From the NCBI GenBank assembly GCA_031376505.1, contig JANMDX010000170.1, forward strand, positions 3,163-67,162: a stretch of DNA of 64,000 bases, given 5' to 3'. The stretch comes from Acidobacteriota bacterium (GTDB taxonomy: Bacteria > Acidobacteriota > Vicinamibacteria > Vicinamibacterales > UBA2999). The notes beneath the pieces are model-generated. The model did not search any database and was not told where the DNA came from. It was given only the letters and a program-made list of their open reading frames with translations. Position 1 is the first letter of the stretch, and each line of letters opens with the position of its first letter. This document shows, one piece after another, positions 52,806-61,979 of this stretch. The translations under genes were made by a program, and so were the position numbers.

Positions 52806-53375
52806 ATGACTCAGCAGATCATCAGCACAGGTCGCAGGGTGGTCACGGCGGTTGGCATGGCGGTACTGCTGTGCGCGGCCGTACCCGTCCACGCGCAGCG
52901 CTGGGGCCGCCCGCGGCCGCCTCGCGCCGGCGCGTGCTTCTACCAGAACGCCAACTTCGGCGGCGACTACTTCTGCGTACAGGCGGGCGACGAGTATGAC
53001 GTGATGCCCGAGGGCCTCAACGACCGCATCTCGTCGATCCGGCTGTTCGGCGATGCGACCGTCTCGGTGTACCGGAACCCGAGCTTTGGCGGACGCACGA
53101 CGCGGTTTACCGACGACGTGTCGAACCTGCAGTCGGAGGGCTGGAACGACACGGTGTCGTCATTGCGCGTGCGCCTCGATTTCGCCAGGGTCACGCGCCA
53201 AGAAGCCGAGGACATCGTGCGCCGCGCCTATCAATCGGTGCTCGGCCGCGATCCCGACGACGGCGCGCGTGGCTACGTTGACGGCGTGATGCGCAACAAC
53301 TGGACGCAGCGCGACGTCGAACGAGAACTGCGCAAGAGCCCGGAGTATCGCAACCGCCGTCCTCCGCGGTTCTAA
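52806..53375 (+). CDS. Exported beta/gamma-crystallin-like (I36-type) domain protein with DUF4214-like C-terminus
   Basis: The signal peptide is 'VVTAVGMAVLLCAAVPVHA'. Two Greek-key signatures are present, 'FYQNANFGGDYF...DRISSIRL' and 'VYRNPSFGGRTT...DTVSSLRV'. The tail is 'IVRRAYQSVLGRDPDDGARGYVDGV'. The SD 'GGAGGA' lies 5 nt before the ATG. Confidence 0.68.
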   Translation: MTQQIISTGRRVVTAVGMAVLLCAAVPVHAQRWGRPRPPRAGACFYQNANFGGDYFCVQAGDEYDVMPEGLNDRISSIRLFGDATVSVYRNPSFGGRTTRFTDDVSNLQSEGWNDTVSSLRVRLDFARVTRQEAEDIVRRAYQSVLGRDPDDGARGYVDGVMRNNWTQRDVERELRKSPEYRNRRPPRF

Positions 53376-53436
53376 TCGGCCAAGCCAGTGGCCTGTATCG
53401 CCTGAAGCAATGGCAGTGGGCGCGCGAGGCGCGACA

Positions 53437-56373
53437 CTAGGGCACGACCACCCGCACTTCGTTGCTGGAGGCGGTAACGCCGCATAGGTTATCGGCGATG
53501 ACGCGCGCGTAGTACGTGCCCGGCGGCGTGGTCGCAGAAAACGACATGTCGGAGATTCCGAGGTCGAGCACGAACAGATCCGCGAGCCCAGGCGCGCTGG
53601 CGACGACAAGCTTCTGCTGCTCCACCTGCGGTCCGTCAACCGGCGGACCCCACGACAGTGACACCGTTCGCCCCGTCACGGTCGCGACGAGCCCGGACGG
53701 CGCCAGCGGTGCGATGTTGCAGGACTGCCGGGGCCCGAGACTAATCAACAGTTCCGTCCCTGGCGCCGAGCGCCCGGCGCCGTTCACGGCGACGAGTCTC
53801 GCCCAGTACGTGCCCGGCGGCACGTCGAGCGTCACGCGCGTGGCGCTACCGGCAACATTCACCGCGCCCAGATCGCGACCGCCTTCTCGAGTGCCGGCTT
53901 CAAGCTCGTAACGGGGCGGCACCCCGGTGGACGGAGGCTGCCACGCGACGGTGACGCGCGAGCCATCACCGACCGCCGTGACGTCGAGCGGCGCCGCCGG
54001 CACATCCGGCGGCCCGGCGGCAAACGACACGTCATCGGTGGTGAGACTCGCCGTTGCACCCGCAAGCGATCGCACACGAGCGAAGTAGCGGCCCGCGGGC
54101 AGGGGCGCCGATATCGACGTCTCGCCGGCGGGCAGATCGACTGTGCCGAGGTCGGCCTGCCCCTCCGCCGTGCCCACTTCCACGCGTACGCCGGTGCGCC
54201 CAGGCGTCCCGAGCGGCAGCGTCCACCGCAGCGTGACGGCATTGCCCGCCTGTTGCACGCGCAGATCTAATGGCGGCGACGGCGCGCGGGGCACGCAGCC
54301 GTCGGCAACCAGCATGCAGTCGTGAAGGATGGCGGTGTAGCGCGGCCGACTCGGGCGCCACGGCAGGCGGCGTCCAGTGAGCGTCGAGAACGCCAGCGTC
54401 AACGGCGTGCGCTGGCCACCGACGGTGGGACGGCCTGAGTCGGAGCCGCCGAACGGGAAATCGAAAGGCCCTCCAAGCGTCGCGTAGAGCGTGCCATCGA
54501 CATCGACATCGAGCCGGCCCACTCCCTCCACGAACGACCCCACCCACACCCCAGACGCGTCGGGATTCCACGCACGCGCAGCCCCCGAGACGGGGTCGAG
54601 TTCCGCCAGGCCCCGTCGCCGTTGACCACCGATGCGGCGGAAGGCCCCGCCCGCCCAGACCCGCCCACTTGAAGCGCGGATCACGTCAGGGGCTCGGTCA
54701 GGCTGTGGCCGCCACGGAAGCACCTGCCCCGTGCCGAGATCGACGGCACCCATGTGGGGCCGGGTCGCGCCGTTGATGGTCTGGAACCCGCCGGCGAGGT
54801 ACACGGTAGTCCCAGCCACATCGAGATCGCGAATCGAAGGAGAGATGCCACCGAGAGCGAACGGCAGCCCTCGATAAGTCCAGGCAGCAATGGCGATCGC
54901 GCCCAGTTCGCTGGCTCCGGTGGGCGACCAGACGGCGGTGACAATCTCGCCGCCGACGACGCGCATCGGTGCGTTGACGTAGTCCTCGCCAGGCGTCACC
55001 TGGAGTTCGCCGACGATGGCCCCCGTGTCCGGGTCGATCTTGATGAACTTGGAGTCGCTCGTACGCACGAACAGCCACGTGCCATCGGTGGCCAGTTGCC
55101 GCACTCGGCCCTGGTATAGACCAGGCAGGAACGCCGAGGTCCACGGGTCGAGCGCGCCGGTGTCGAGGTTTACTGCCGCCAGTCCAGCGCGTGCGGTGCC
55201 TGCCAAGCCATTGAAGTCGCCGCCGATGACGACGCCCTCAGGCGCTGCCGCCATCGTGGCAACCCCGCCATAGGTCTGCGGGTCGAATACGCGGGGACCG
55301 CCCGTGGCCACGCCGAACACCAGCGGCCGGCCCTCCCCGGTCGTGACGGCGATGGCCGGGCCCAGTGTGAGCAACCTGCCGGTGCGTGACGACAGCGGCC
55401 CGCCTCCCACGACCGGCCGCCAGTCCACCGTCGCACCGGTCGCCGCATCCACGGCAGCCAGGTTGTATCGTCCTCCGGTCGCGCGAAAGTACCCTCCGAA
55501 ATACAGCCGCCCTTCGTCGAGCAGGAGCCCAGAGATAGACGTGTAGTCCCCGTAGGTGCCGGAGAGGTACTCGAAGCGCAGGTCGGGCGCCCAGGTCGTG
55601 TCGCCGCCGGTGATGGGGTCCACCGCCAGCAGAGGACGCGACGAGCCGAAGGTGCCCACGTAAACGCGCGCCGACGAGGCGGCGATGGCATTCGCAAACA
55701 CGGAGCGGGAGAACCACTGCTGACCGGTGGCAGCATCAAAGCCCCAGAGCCGCGAGTCGCCCGAGGACCCCCAACCGACCAGGTACACACCGATGGAAGA
55801 CGCCGACAGCGCGCCGGGCACGCGGTCACCGGGCGTGAAGCCGCGACCCCAGCCCTCCAGTTGGCCGGTCGCCACCGAGATCGCGGCTAGGCCGCGTCGG
55901 GTCACGCCGTTGATAGACGTGAAGGTACCGGCCACGTAGACGCGTCCGTGCGCAACGGCCACCATCGTGACTGGGCCATCGACGTTAATCCGGTAGCGCG
56001 GGTCAACGGTGCGTTGGGGGGTGACGCGCGAGAAGCGGGCCACGGGTTGCCCGGCGACGCTGGTGAAATCCCCGACGAGGAACCAGCCGCCGACTCCGCC
56101 GGGCACGATCTGAGACACCGGTCCGTCGACCCGAGGAAACGCGTTGGGAATCTGACGGCCGAATACATCGACGACGACCGCGCCGCCGGTGGGCGCGGAC
56201 ACGCTCCTGAAGCCGCCGCCGAGGAAGACGCGCCGGCCGATTTGCACGGCCGATGCCGCGAACGTGCCATCGGTCACGACGGGCAGGGGACGCGCCGTTT
56301 CGGCAAACTGCGCGCCCGCGGGGGCTGCAGACAGGACCGCACCCAACACTGCCGTCAGTAGTAGCGACCGCAT
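53437..56373 (-). CDS. Large exported beta-propeller repeat protein with three C-terminal Fn3-like domains
   Basis: Starts at ATG 56373 ('MRSLLLTAVLGAVLSAAPAGA', with SD GGAGG). The propeller carries repeats of the form 'GGF.S..G..R.GLAA.D..TG....W'. Three C-terminal units of about 95 aa end in 'GRYFARVRS', 'GTYWARLVAVN' and 'GTYYARVIADN'. The upstream 171 codons of the track ORF are rejected. Confidence 0.75.
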   Translation of the reverse strand: MRSLLLTAVLGAVLSAAPAGAQFAETARPLPVVTDGTFAASAVQIGRRVFLGGGFRSVSAPTGGAVVVDVFGRQIPNAFPRVDGPVSQIVPGGVGGWFLVGDFTSVAGQPVARFSRVTPQRTVDPRYRINVDGPVTMVAVAHGRVYVAGTFTSINGVTRRGLAAISVATGQLEGWGRGFTPGDRVPGALSASSIGVYLVGWGSSGDSRLWGFDAATGQQWFSRSVFANAIAASSARVYVGTFGSSRPLLAVDPITGGDTTWAPDLRFEYLSGTYGDYTSISGLLLDEGRLYFGGYFRATGGRYNLAAVDAATGATVDWRPVVGGGPLSSRTGRLLTLGPAIAVTTGEGRPLVFGVATGGPRVFDPQTYGGVATMAAAPEGVVIGGDFNGLAGTARAGLAAVNLDTGALDPWTSAFLPGLYQGRVRQLATDGTWLFVRTSDSKFIKIDPDTGAIVGELQVTPGEDYVNAPMRVVGGEIVTAVWSPTGASELGAIAIAAWTYRGLPFALGGISPSIRDLDVAGTTVYLAGGFQTINGATRPHMGAVDLGTGQVLPWRPQPDRAPDVIRASSGRVWAGGAFRRIGGQRRRGLAELDPVSGAARAWNPDASGVWVGSFVEGVGRLDVDVDGTLYATLGGPFDFPFGGSDSGRPTVGGQRTPLTLAFSTLTGRRLPWRPSRPRYTAILHDCMLVADGCVPRAPSPPLDLRVQQAGNAVTLRWTLPLGTPGRTGVRVEVGTAEGQADLGTVDLPAGETSISAPLPAGRYFARVRSLAGATASLTTDDVSFAAGPPDVPAAPLDVTAVGDGSRVTVAWQPPSTGVPPRYELEAGTREGGRDLGAVNVAGSATRVTLDVPPGTYWARLVAVNGAGRSAPGTELLISLGPRQSCNIAPLAPSGLVATVTGRTVSLSWGPPVDGPQVEQQKLVVASAPGLADLFVLDLGISDMSFSATTPPGTYYARVIADNLCGVTASSNEVRVVVP

Positions 56374-56459
56374 CTGGCACCTCCTCACGCCCGACGGTGG
56401 GGCGCGCCCACCCATTGCCGCCTCATAATGGCGCCGGGCGTGGCTGAGCGCAAGGGGCT

Positions 56460-57467
56460 CTAGTCCGCGGCTTTCGCCCGTGGGTGTGCCTTTCGGTACA
56501 CGTCGATGAGCTGTGCCGCGTTCACGTGCGTGTAGCGTTCGGTCGTCGTCAGCTGCTCGTGTCCGAGCAGTTCTTGAATCGCCCGCAGGTCGGCGCCGCG
56601 CTCCAGCAGGTGCGTGGCAAACGAGTGGCGAAGGGCGTGCGGACTGATGCCCGTGCGCTCGCTGCAGCGGCGCATGTAGATCACGACCAGCCGGTGGACG
56701 CTGCGCCCGGTCAGCCGGCCGCCGCGCGTATTGACGAACACCGGCTCGCGGTCCATGCGGCTGGCGCGGCCGCGGCCGGTGGCGCGCGCTTCGCCCAGCC
56801 GGCCACGTGGCTGCGCCGCCCGCGCCGCCGCGCGGGAATCGGGCGGCGGATTCGTGCCGCGCATCACGAGCCGGTCGGGCAGCCACTGTCGCAGCGCGTC
56901 TTCCGCGCTGTGGTTGAACGGCAGCAGCCGCTCCTTGCCGCCCTTCCCCATCACGCGCACCATGCGGGCCGACAGATGCACGTCCTCCAGGTCGAGCCCG
57001 ACCAGTTCGCTCAGCCGCAGGCCCGCGGCGTAGAACATTTCGAGCATCGCGCGATCGCGCCGGCCCGCCGGGGTCGCCACGTCGGGCGTCTCGATGAGTG
57101 CGGTCATCTCCGTCTCGCTCAGATGCCGGGGCACGGTACGGTCCAGCTTGGGCGCCACGGCCGCGCCCGCGGGATCGCCCGTGATCAGGCCCTCGCGGTG
57201 CAGGTAGCGCAGGAACGCCCGCACCCCCGAGAGCTTCCGCGCCACCGACGCGCGCGACTGCTCGGCGCGGTTCAACTCGATCACGAACCCGCGGACGGAT
57301 TCCGGGTCGAGGTCGGTGAATCGCAGCGCCGAGAGCTTGAGGGCGCGCGACGTCGCCACCCGCGCCAGATACTGCTCCACGTCACTCGTGTAGGCCCGCA
57401 CCGAATGCGGCGACAGGTGGCGATTGAGCGCCAGATGCGCGATGAACGCCTTGAGCGCGTCCTTCAT
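56460..57467 (-). CDS. xerC: Tyrosine recombinase XerC/XerD (CodV-like)
   Basis: Starts at ATG 57467 ('MKDALKAFIAHLALNRHLSPHSVRAYTSDV'). Catalytic blocks are 'AGLRLSEL', 'HALRHSFATHLL' and 'LGHEQLTTTERYTHV'. It overlaps the trmFO stop (ATGA). Confidence 0.88.
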   Translation of the reverse strand: MKDALKAFIAHLALNRHLSPHSVRAYTSDVEQYLARVATSRALKLSALRFTDLDPESVRGFVIELNRAEQSRASVARKLSGVRAFLRYLHREGLITGDPAGAAVAPKLDRTVPRHLSETEMTALIETPDVATPAGRRDRAMLEMFYAAGLRLSELVGLDLEDVHLSARMVRVMGKGGKERLLPFNHSAEDALRQWLPDRLVMRGTNPPPDSRAAARAAQPRGRLGEARATGRGRASRMDREPVFVNTRGGRLTGRSVHRLVVIYMRRCSERTGISPHALRHSFATHLLERGADLRAIQELLGHEQLTTTERYTHVNAAQLIDVYRKAHPRAKAAD

Positions 57468-58891
57468 TGCGTCCAGGCGGCCAGGGCGGCCAGGGCGCGA
57501 TCGGCCAGGGCCTGCTTGCGCAACGCCTTGTCGCGGGGCGGCTGGTCGAGCGGCGGCATGATGCCGTAGGTGATGTTCGACGGCTGATAGTGCTGCGGGT
57601 CGGCGTGCGACGCGTAGTAGGCCAGCGCGCCGATGGCGGTCGTGCGCGGCGGCGTACGCGGTTCCAGGCCCAGCACCACCCGGGCGGCATTGCGGCCAGC
57701 CATAAGGCCCGAGGCCGCCGATTCCACGTAGCCTTCGACGCCTGAGATCTGACCCGCGAAAAACAGATCGTCGCGCACCTTGGTCTGCCACGTGGGGCGC
57801 AGCACGTTGGGCCCGTTGATGAACGTATTCCGGTGCACCATGCCGAAGCGCACGAACTCGGCGCGTTCCAGACCGGGAATGAGACGCAGCACGCGCGCCT
57901 GTTCGCTCCACTTGAGCTGCGTCTGGAAACCCACCAGGCTGAAGTGATCGCCGGCCAGCGTGTCCTGGCGCAGTTGCACCACGGCGTAGGGACGCCTGGT
58001 CGTGCGCGGGTCTTCGAGCCCCACCGGTTTCATGGGCCCGAAGCGCAGCGTGTCGCGTCCGCGGTGGGCCATCACCTCGATGGGCAGGCACCCTTCGAAG
58101 AAGGTCGCGGTGTCGAAATCGTGGATCGTGGCCGACTCGGCGCCGACGAGGGCGTCGAAGAAGGCGTCGTACTCGGCTTTGATGAACGGGCAGTTCAGGT
58201 AGTCGCCTTCCCCGTCGTCGACACCGCACGCCGGACCCACAACCACAGGCTCGGCGGCCTGGAGAGGCGCCGCCACCGCTACCGGCACGCCGTCGGTGCG
58301 CGCGCCGCCCGCACCGGCCGTGTCGCGCCGCAGGCTGCGGCCCCAGCGCGACTGGCGAAACACGATGTCCATGTCGATCGACTCGGCCAGCACGATCGGG
58401 CTGATGGCGTCGTAGAACGACAGGTGCGCCTCGCCCACGAACGCCTGAATGGACTGCGACAGCGCGTCGGAGGTCAGTGGGCCGGTGGCGATGATCACCG
58501 CATCGCCTGGCGCCGATGGCGCCGGCACCTGCGTGACTTCTTCGCGGCAGACCGTAATGCGCGGTTCGGTGGCCAACCGGGCCGTGACCTCGCGCGAGAA
58601 AACCTCGCGATCGACGGCCAGCGCTGCGCCGGCCGGCACGCGCGCCACTTCGGCTGCCGCCATTACCACCGAATCGAGCCGCCGCATCTCTTCCTTGATG
58701 AGGCCCACGGCGTTGTCGAGCTTGTCGCCGCGAAACGAGTTGCTGCAGACGAGCTCAGCCAGGTGGTCGGTCTTGTGCACGAGCGTGGCCCGCACGCCCC
58801 GCATCTCGTGCAGCGTCACCTCTTGTCCGAGACGCGCCGCCTGCCAGGCCGCTTCGCAGCCCGCGAGGCCGCCGCCGATGATGTGGATCAC
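57464..58891 (-). CDS. trmFO: Methylenetetrahydrofolate-tRNA-(uracil54-C5)-methyltransferase TrmFO (Gid)
   Basis: Shows 'IHIIGGGLAGCEAAWQAA', 'LVCSNSFRGD', 'YLNCP' and 'FFAGQISGVEGYVESAASG'. Confidence 0.9.
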   Translation of the reverse strand: MIHIIGGGLAGCEAAWQAARLGQEVTLHEMRGVRATLVHKTDHLAELVCSNSFRGDKLDNAVGLIKEEMRRLDSVVMAAAEVARVPAGAALAVDREVFSREVTARLATEPRITVCREEVTQVPAPSAPGDAVIIATGPLTSDALSQSIQAFVGEAHLSFYDAISPIVLAESIDMDIVFRQSRWGRSLRRDTAGAGGARTDGVPVAVAAPLQAAEPVVVGPACGVDDGEGDYLNCPFIKAEYDAFFDALVGAESATIHDFDTATFFEGCLPIEVMAHRGRDTLRFGPMKPVGLEDPRTTRRPYAVVQLRQDTLAGDHFSLVGFQTQLKWSEQARVLRLIPGLERAEFVRFGMVHRNTFINGPNVLRPTWQTKVRDDLFFAGQISGVEGYVESAASGLMAGRNAARVVLGLEPRTPPRTTAIGALAYYASHADPQHYQPSNITYGIMPPLDQPPRDKALRKQALADRALAALAAWTQ

Positions 58892-58936
58892 GCGACCAGT
58901 GTACCGGGTCTTGACCCTCTGCCGGGGCAGGCCTAG

Positions 58937-60604
58937 CTAGGGCAGGCGCGTCAGGCCGACGAGCGTCCAGGCCGAGGCGTCGCGGCGGAAGTAGATTTCG
59001 ACGGGACGGCCCCACGACGGGTGCTCGTCATGCTCGGCCGAGACATCGACTCGGACGAACCCGCCGGGGACATCGGGGACCACGGCGGGTGCGTCCAGGC
59101 GCGTGGCGGTGCCCGTCGTGACCCCGAGTTCCCGCGAGACGCGCGTCGTGTTGTCAAATGCGTGCCACCGGGCCGTGTACCGGCGCGGGGCCGAGGCCCC
59201 ACCGAACTCCACGGCCGCGTTACTGAACGACAATCCGCCTGGCCATTCGAACCTCGGGCCGACGATGGGATTGATGGCCGGCAGATACGCGCGCCCGATC
59301 CGGTCGCGGCGCCTGATGAGCACGTTTGCCAGATGGTCCGAGGCCCGTGGGTCGGTGTATCGCCCGGCGCTGACGGCCGCGCGAATGGACGCGTCCGAGA
59401 ATGCCGTGACCCGGCGCGCGGCCCAGAAGGCGTCGTCGGCCCGCATCTCCGTGAAGGCCCGTACCACCGCGCGAGGCTTCCAGGCCTCGGGGTCGAACGC
59501 CTCGCCTTCAAACGGCCCGATCGCCGGGACGTCTTCGTAGTGCGCCGTCTGCCAGGGACTGAGTGCCAACCCCAGGCTGAACAGCCGGCGCAGCGCCGGC
59601 CCACTCTGGAACACGAACTCCCATCCTTCGCTCGGCTCGTGCGGCCCGTTGGCGCCAATGCCAAACGTCGACCCGACGTCCTGCAGGTAGTGCCGCACGA
59701 TGCTCCGTCCGTCGGTAGTCTCGAGTGTGTCGAGTGTGTTGCCCGACTTCATGTCGGTCAGGTTGGTCCACGCGCCAAACACGCGCAGGGCGCGCAATTC
59801 CCGGCGATGCTGATGCTCGACGATGTCGTTGGGGTCGTCGGGCCGCGTGCCCTCATAGCGGAAGCCGCCCAGGATCTTCCCGGGCAGCAGGCGCCCGGCC
59901 GTGATGCGGTAGGTACCATCGGGCCCCGGGGTCGCCCGCGACAGCACCGTCTGCAGATCGTCGTTGGTCATGGGCGTCCGCCGGCCGGAGGGCCGCTTCA
60001 CCGACGCCTTGGGATCGATGCGGAGGTGCTCGCGGCGCAGCGACGACACATGGTTCTCGACCTGGTTGTAGCCGAGCGCCCAGAACAACTTGGTGGCAAC
60101 GACAATCGCCCCCGTCGCGCCATCGGGGTTTGACGGCGCGTCAAACGAGATGAACCAGGTGGCCCCACGGGCATCCCGTGCCGTGAACCCCGCGGCGGCC
60201 CCGCTCGACTTCTCGCGCAGAATCGTCCACGACGCAGGGTCGGGCGCGGGACTGATATCCGGGCCATTGACCAGCGCCGCCGCCGACAGCGGACGCGCGC
60301 CGATGCGGTTGGTAAACCAACTGGAGTCCGGCACCTCGTCGAGCGTGTTGACGTTGCCCGCGCGGCTGCCGGTGGGCTCCTGTCGGGCCGTGACCAGCGA
60401 GTTGTAGGTCACGTCGAAGGCGAGGTTGATCTCCCAGGGCTGCACGTTCGACGCATCCTGCGACTCGGGTTCCCGACCGAGGGGATCGTCTGACAGGAAG
60501 ACGGGCTGGGCGGTCCGCACCGGCGCCCATGACGACAACATCCCCAGGCCGAACACCAGGGCGGCTGCGTGGCGGCTGATCCGTCGTGGGACACAAGAAG
60601 ACAT
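58937..60604 (-). CDS. Exported hypothetical protein with protein-kinase-like catalytic-loop and DxG motifs
   Basis: The signal peptide is 'AAALVFGLGMLSSWAPVRTAQP'. Conserved-looking blocks are 'NVNTLDEVPDSSWFTNR', 'ALRVFGAWTNLTDMKSGNTLD' (D-x-K-x-x-N) and 'HYLQDVGSTFG' (DxG). Confidence 0.5.
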   Translation of the reverse strand: MSSCVPRRISRHAAALVFGLGMLSSWAPVRTAQPVFLSDDPLGREPESQDASNVQPWEINLAFDVTYNSLVTARQEPTGSRAGNVNTLDEVPDSSWFTNRIGARPLSAAALVNGPDISPAPDPASWTILREKSSGAAAGFTARDARGATWFISFDAPSNPDGATGAIVVATKLFWALGYNQVENHVSSLRREHLRIDPKASVKRPSGRRTPMTNDDLQTVLSRATPGPDGTYRITAGRLLPGKILGGFRYEGTRPDDPNDIVEHQHRRELRALRVFGAWTNLTDMKSGNTLDTLETTDGRSIVRHYLQDVGSTFGIGANGPHEPSEGWEFVFQSGPALRRLFSLGLALSPWQTAHYEDVPAIGPFEGEAFDPEAWKPRAVVRAFTEMRADDAFWAARRVTAFSDASIRAAVSAGRYTDPRASDHLANVLIRRRDRIGRAYLPAINPIVGPRFEWPGGLSFSNAAVEFGGASAPRRYTARWHAFDNTTRVSRELGVTTGTATRLDAPAVVPDVPGGFVRVDVSAEHDEHPSWGRPVEIYFRRDASAWTLVGLTRLP

Positions 60605-60616
60605 GAGGAGGGGCGC

Positions 60617-61843
60617 CTAGAACGCGGCCGATGATCCGAGCACCACCACGAAGCCTTCATTCCCCCGTGCGAAATCGATGCGCAGGGGGGTGGTGGCAGG
60701 CGTGTGCAAGCGGAAGCCGATGCCGTAGTTGCTCTTCAATCCCGCGAGATTCAGATCGGCACGGCGACCCGTGACCTTGCCCGCGTCATAGAACAGCGCG
60801 GCGTCGGCAAACAGGCTCACCAGCACGCGCCACTCTGCCGACAGGAGCAGGCTGTTGCGATCCCTGAAGCGCATCGACGAGAAGCCGCGAAGCGTCCTCG
60901 CGTTGCCGAGCCACGGCAGCATGAAGAACGGCACCGCCTGATCCGCGCTCGCGTAGGTGGTCTGGACCCGGCCTCGGAGCGAGAGCACCCACGCGTCCCG
61001 TAGCACCGGCAGATGCTGGACGACGTCGTAGTCGACCCGCCGAAAGCTGAATGGACTGCCGGCGTCGTCGTAACGGTGGGCGGTTACGCCGTAGTACCCG
61101 CCGCGCTTGGCGTAACCCGTGGCGGGTCGCGAGTCGATGGCGGCGGTGGCGCGCGTGTGGACGTAGTTCACCGTCGCGCCGACTCCGGGCAGTGTCGCTG
61201 AGGTGTAGCGCTGCTCGAACGACGAGCCGGCCTCGCGGCGCTGTTCAAACCGCAGGTACTCAACGCCGCCGCCAAACAGCAACATGCCGCGCGCCGGCCG
61301 CACGTCGAGCCTGGCCGAGCCGTAAGCCTGGCGGAAGTCGAAGGCGGTGCGATCCTGCGCGGAGGTCTCGGCGGTGCCGATGCCAAAGAAGTTCTGATCG
61401 ACACCCTCGCGCCAGCCCCCAAGCACTCTGAACACCCCGCGCCGCGCCAGCACTCGGGGCCAGCGGTACTCGGCCTCGGCGCGCTTGGACTGATTGATCG
61501 ACATCGAGGCGCGCACGTCGAGCGAGTCGTAGTCGCCGGTATGGAACACGTAGCCTGCGCCCAGGGTGGGACCAGCTCCTTGGTACGCGGTGCCGTAGAA
61601 CGGATGCCACTTCACTTCGGTAGCCGACAGGTGCTCGTCGATCTTCTGCACCCACGCCTCGAGCTTGCCGGGCTGGTACGGCGTGAGCCGCTGTGCCTTC
61701 GCGGCTTGCTGCTCGACGATGGCGCCCGCGCGCGTCCCGGCCGGCTCAGCCGGCGCCTGGGCGTAGCCGCTCGTGGCCGACAGCGCCGCAACCATGAGGG
61801 CAATTCCCATCGCGGCGCCGCCGCGGCTCGAACGGAACATCAT
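60617..61843 (-). CDS. POTRA-less Omp85-superfamily outer-membrane beta-barrel
   Basis: Starts at ATG 61843 with 'MMFRSSRGGAAMGIALMVAALSATSGYAQA'. The loop-6-like motif is 'LGNARTLRGFS'. Beta-strand periodicity is visible and the protein ends in a C-terminal Phe ('LGSSAAF'). Confidence 0.68.
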   Translation of the reverse strand: MMFRSSRGGAAMGIALMVAALSATSGYAQAPAEPAGTRAGAIVEQQAAKAQRLTPYQPGKLEAWVQKIDEHLSATEVKWHPFYGTAYQGAGPTLGAGYVFHTGDYDSLDVRASMSINQSKRAEAEYRWPRVLARRGVFRVLGGWREGVDQNFFGIGTAETSAQDRTAFDFRQAYGSARLDVRPARGMLLFGGGVEYLRFEQRREAGSSFEQRYTSATLPGVGATVNYVHTRATAAIDSRPATGYAKRGGYYGVTAHRYDDAGSPFSFRRVDYDVVQHLPVLRDAWVLSLRGRVQTTYASADQAVPFFMLPWLGNARTLRGFSSMRFRDRNSLLLSAEWRVLVSLFADAALFYDAGKVTGRRADLNLAGLKSNYGIGFRLHTPATTPLRIDFARGNEGFVVVLGSSAAF

Positions 61844-61979
61844 GGAGGGCCGTTGCGAACCGCAGCGACCGAAGCTTGACAGGTCCACTGCGCAAGGGTA
61901 CGCCAAGGCCACGGCGCGTGTCCACGCGCGTACGGACGGCGGCCCGCGGCTCGGGACGCGAGGTACGGGGGTGACCGGG

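Noticed and set aside
56460-57467. Tyrosine recombinase as marker of a prophage or integrative element
   Set aside because: It overlaps trmFO in the conserved housekeeping gid-codV arrangement. There is no adjacent tRNA, no direct repeats and no phage or conjugation genes, so it is the chromosome-dimer resolvase XerC/D.
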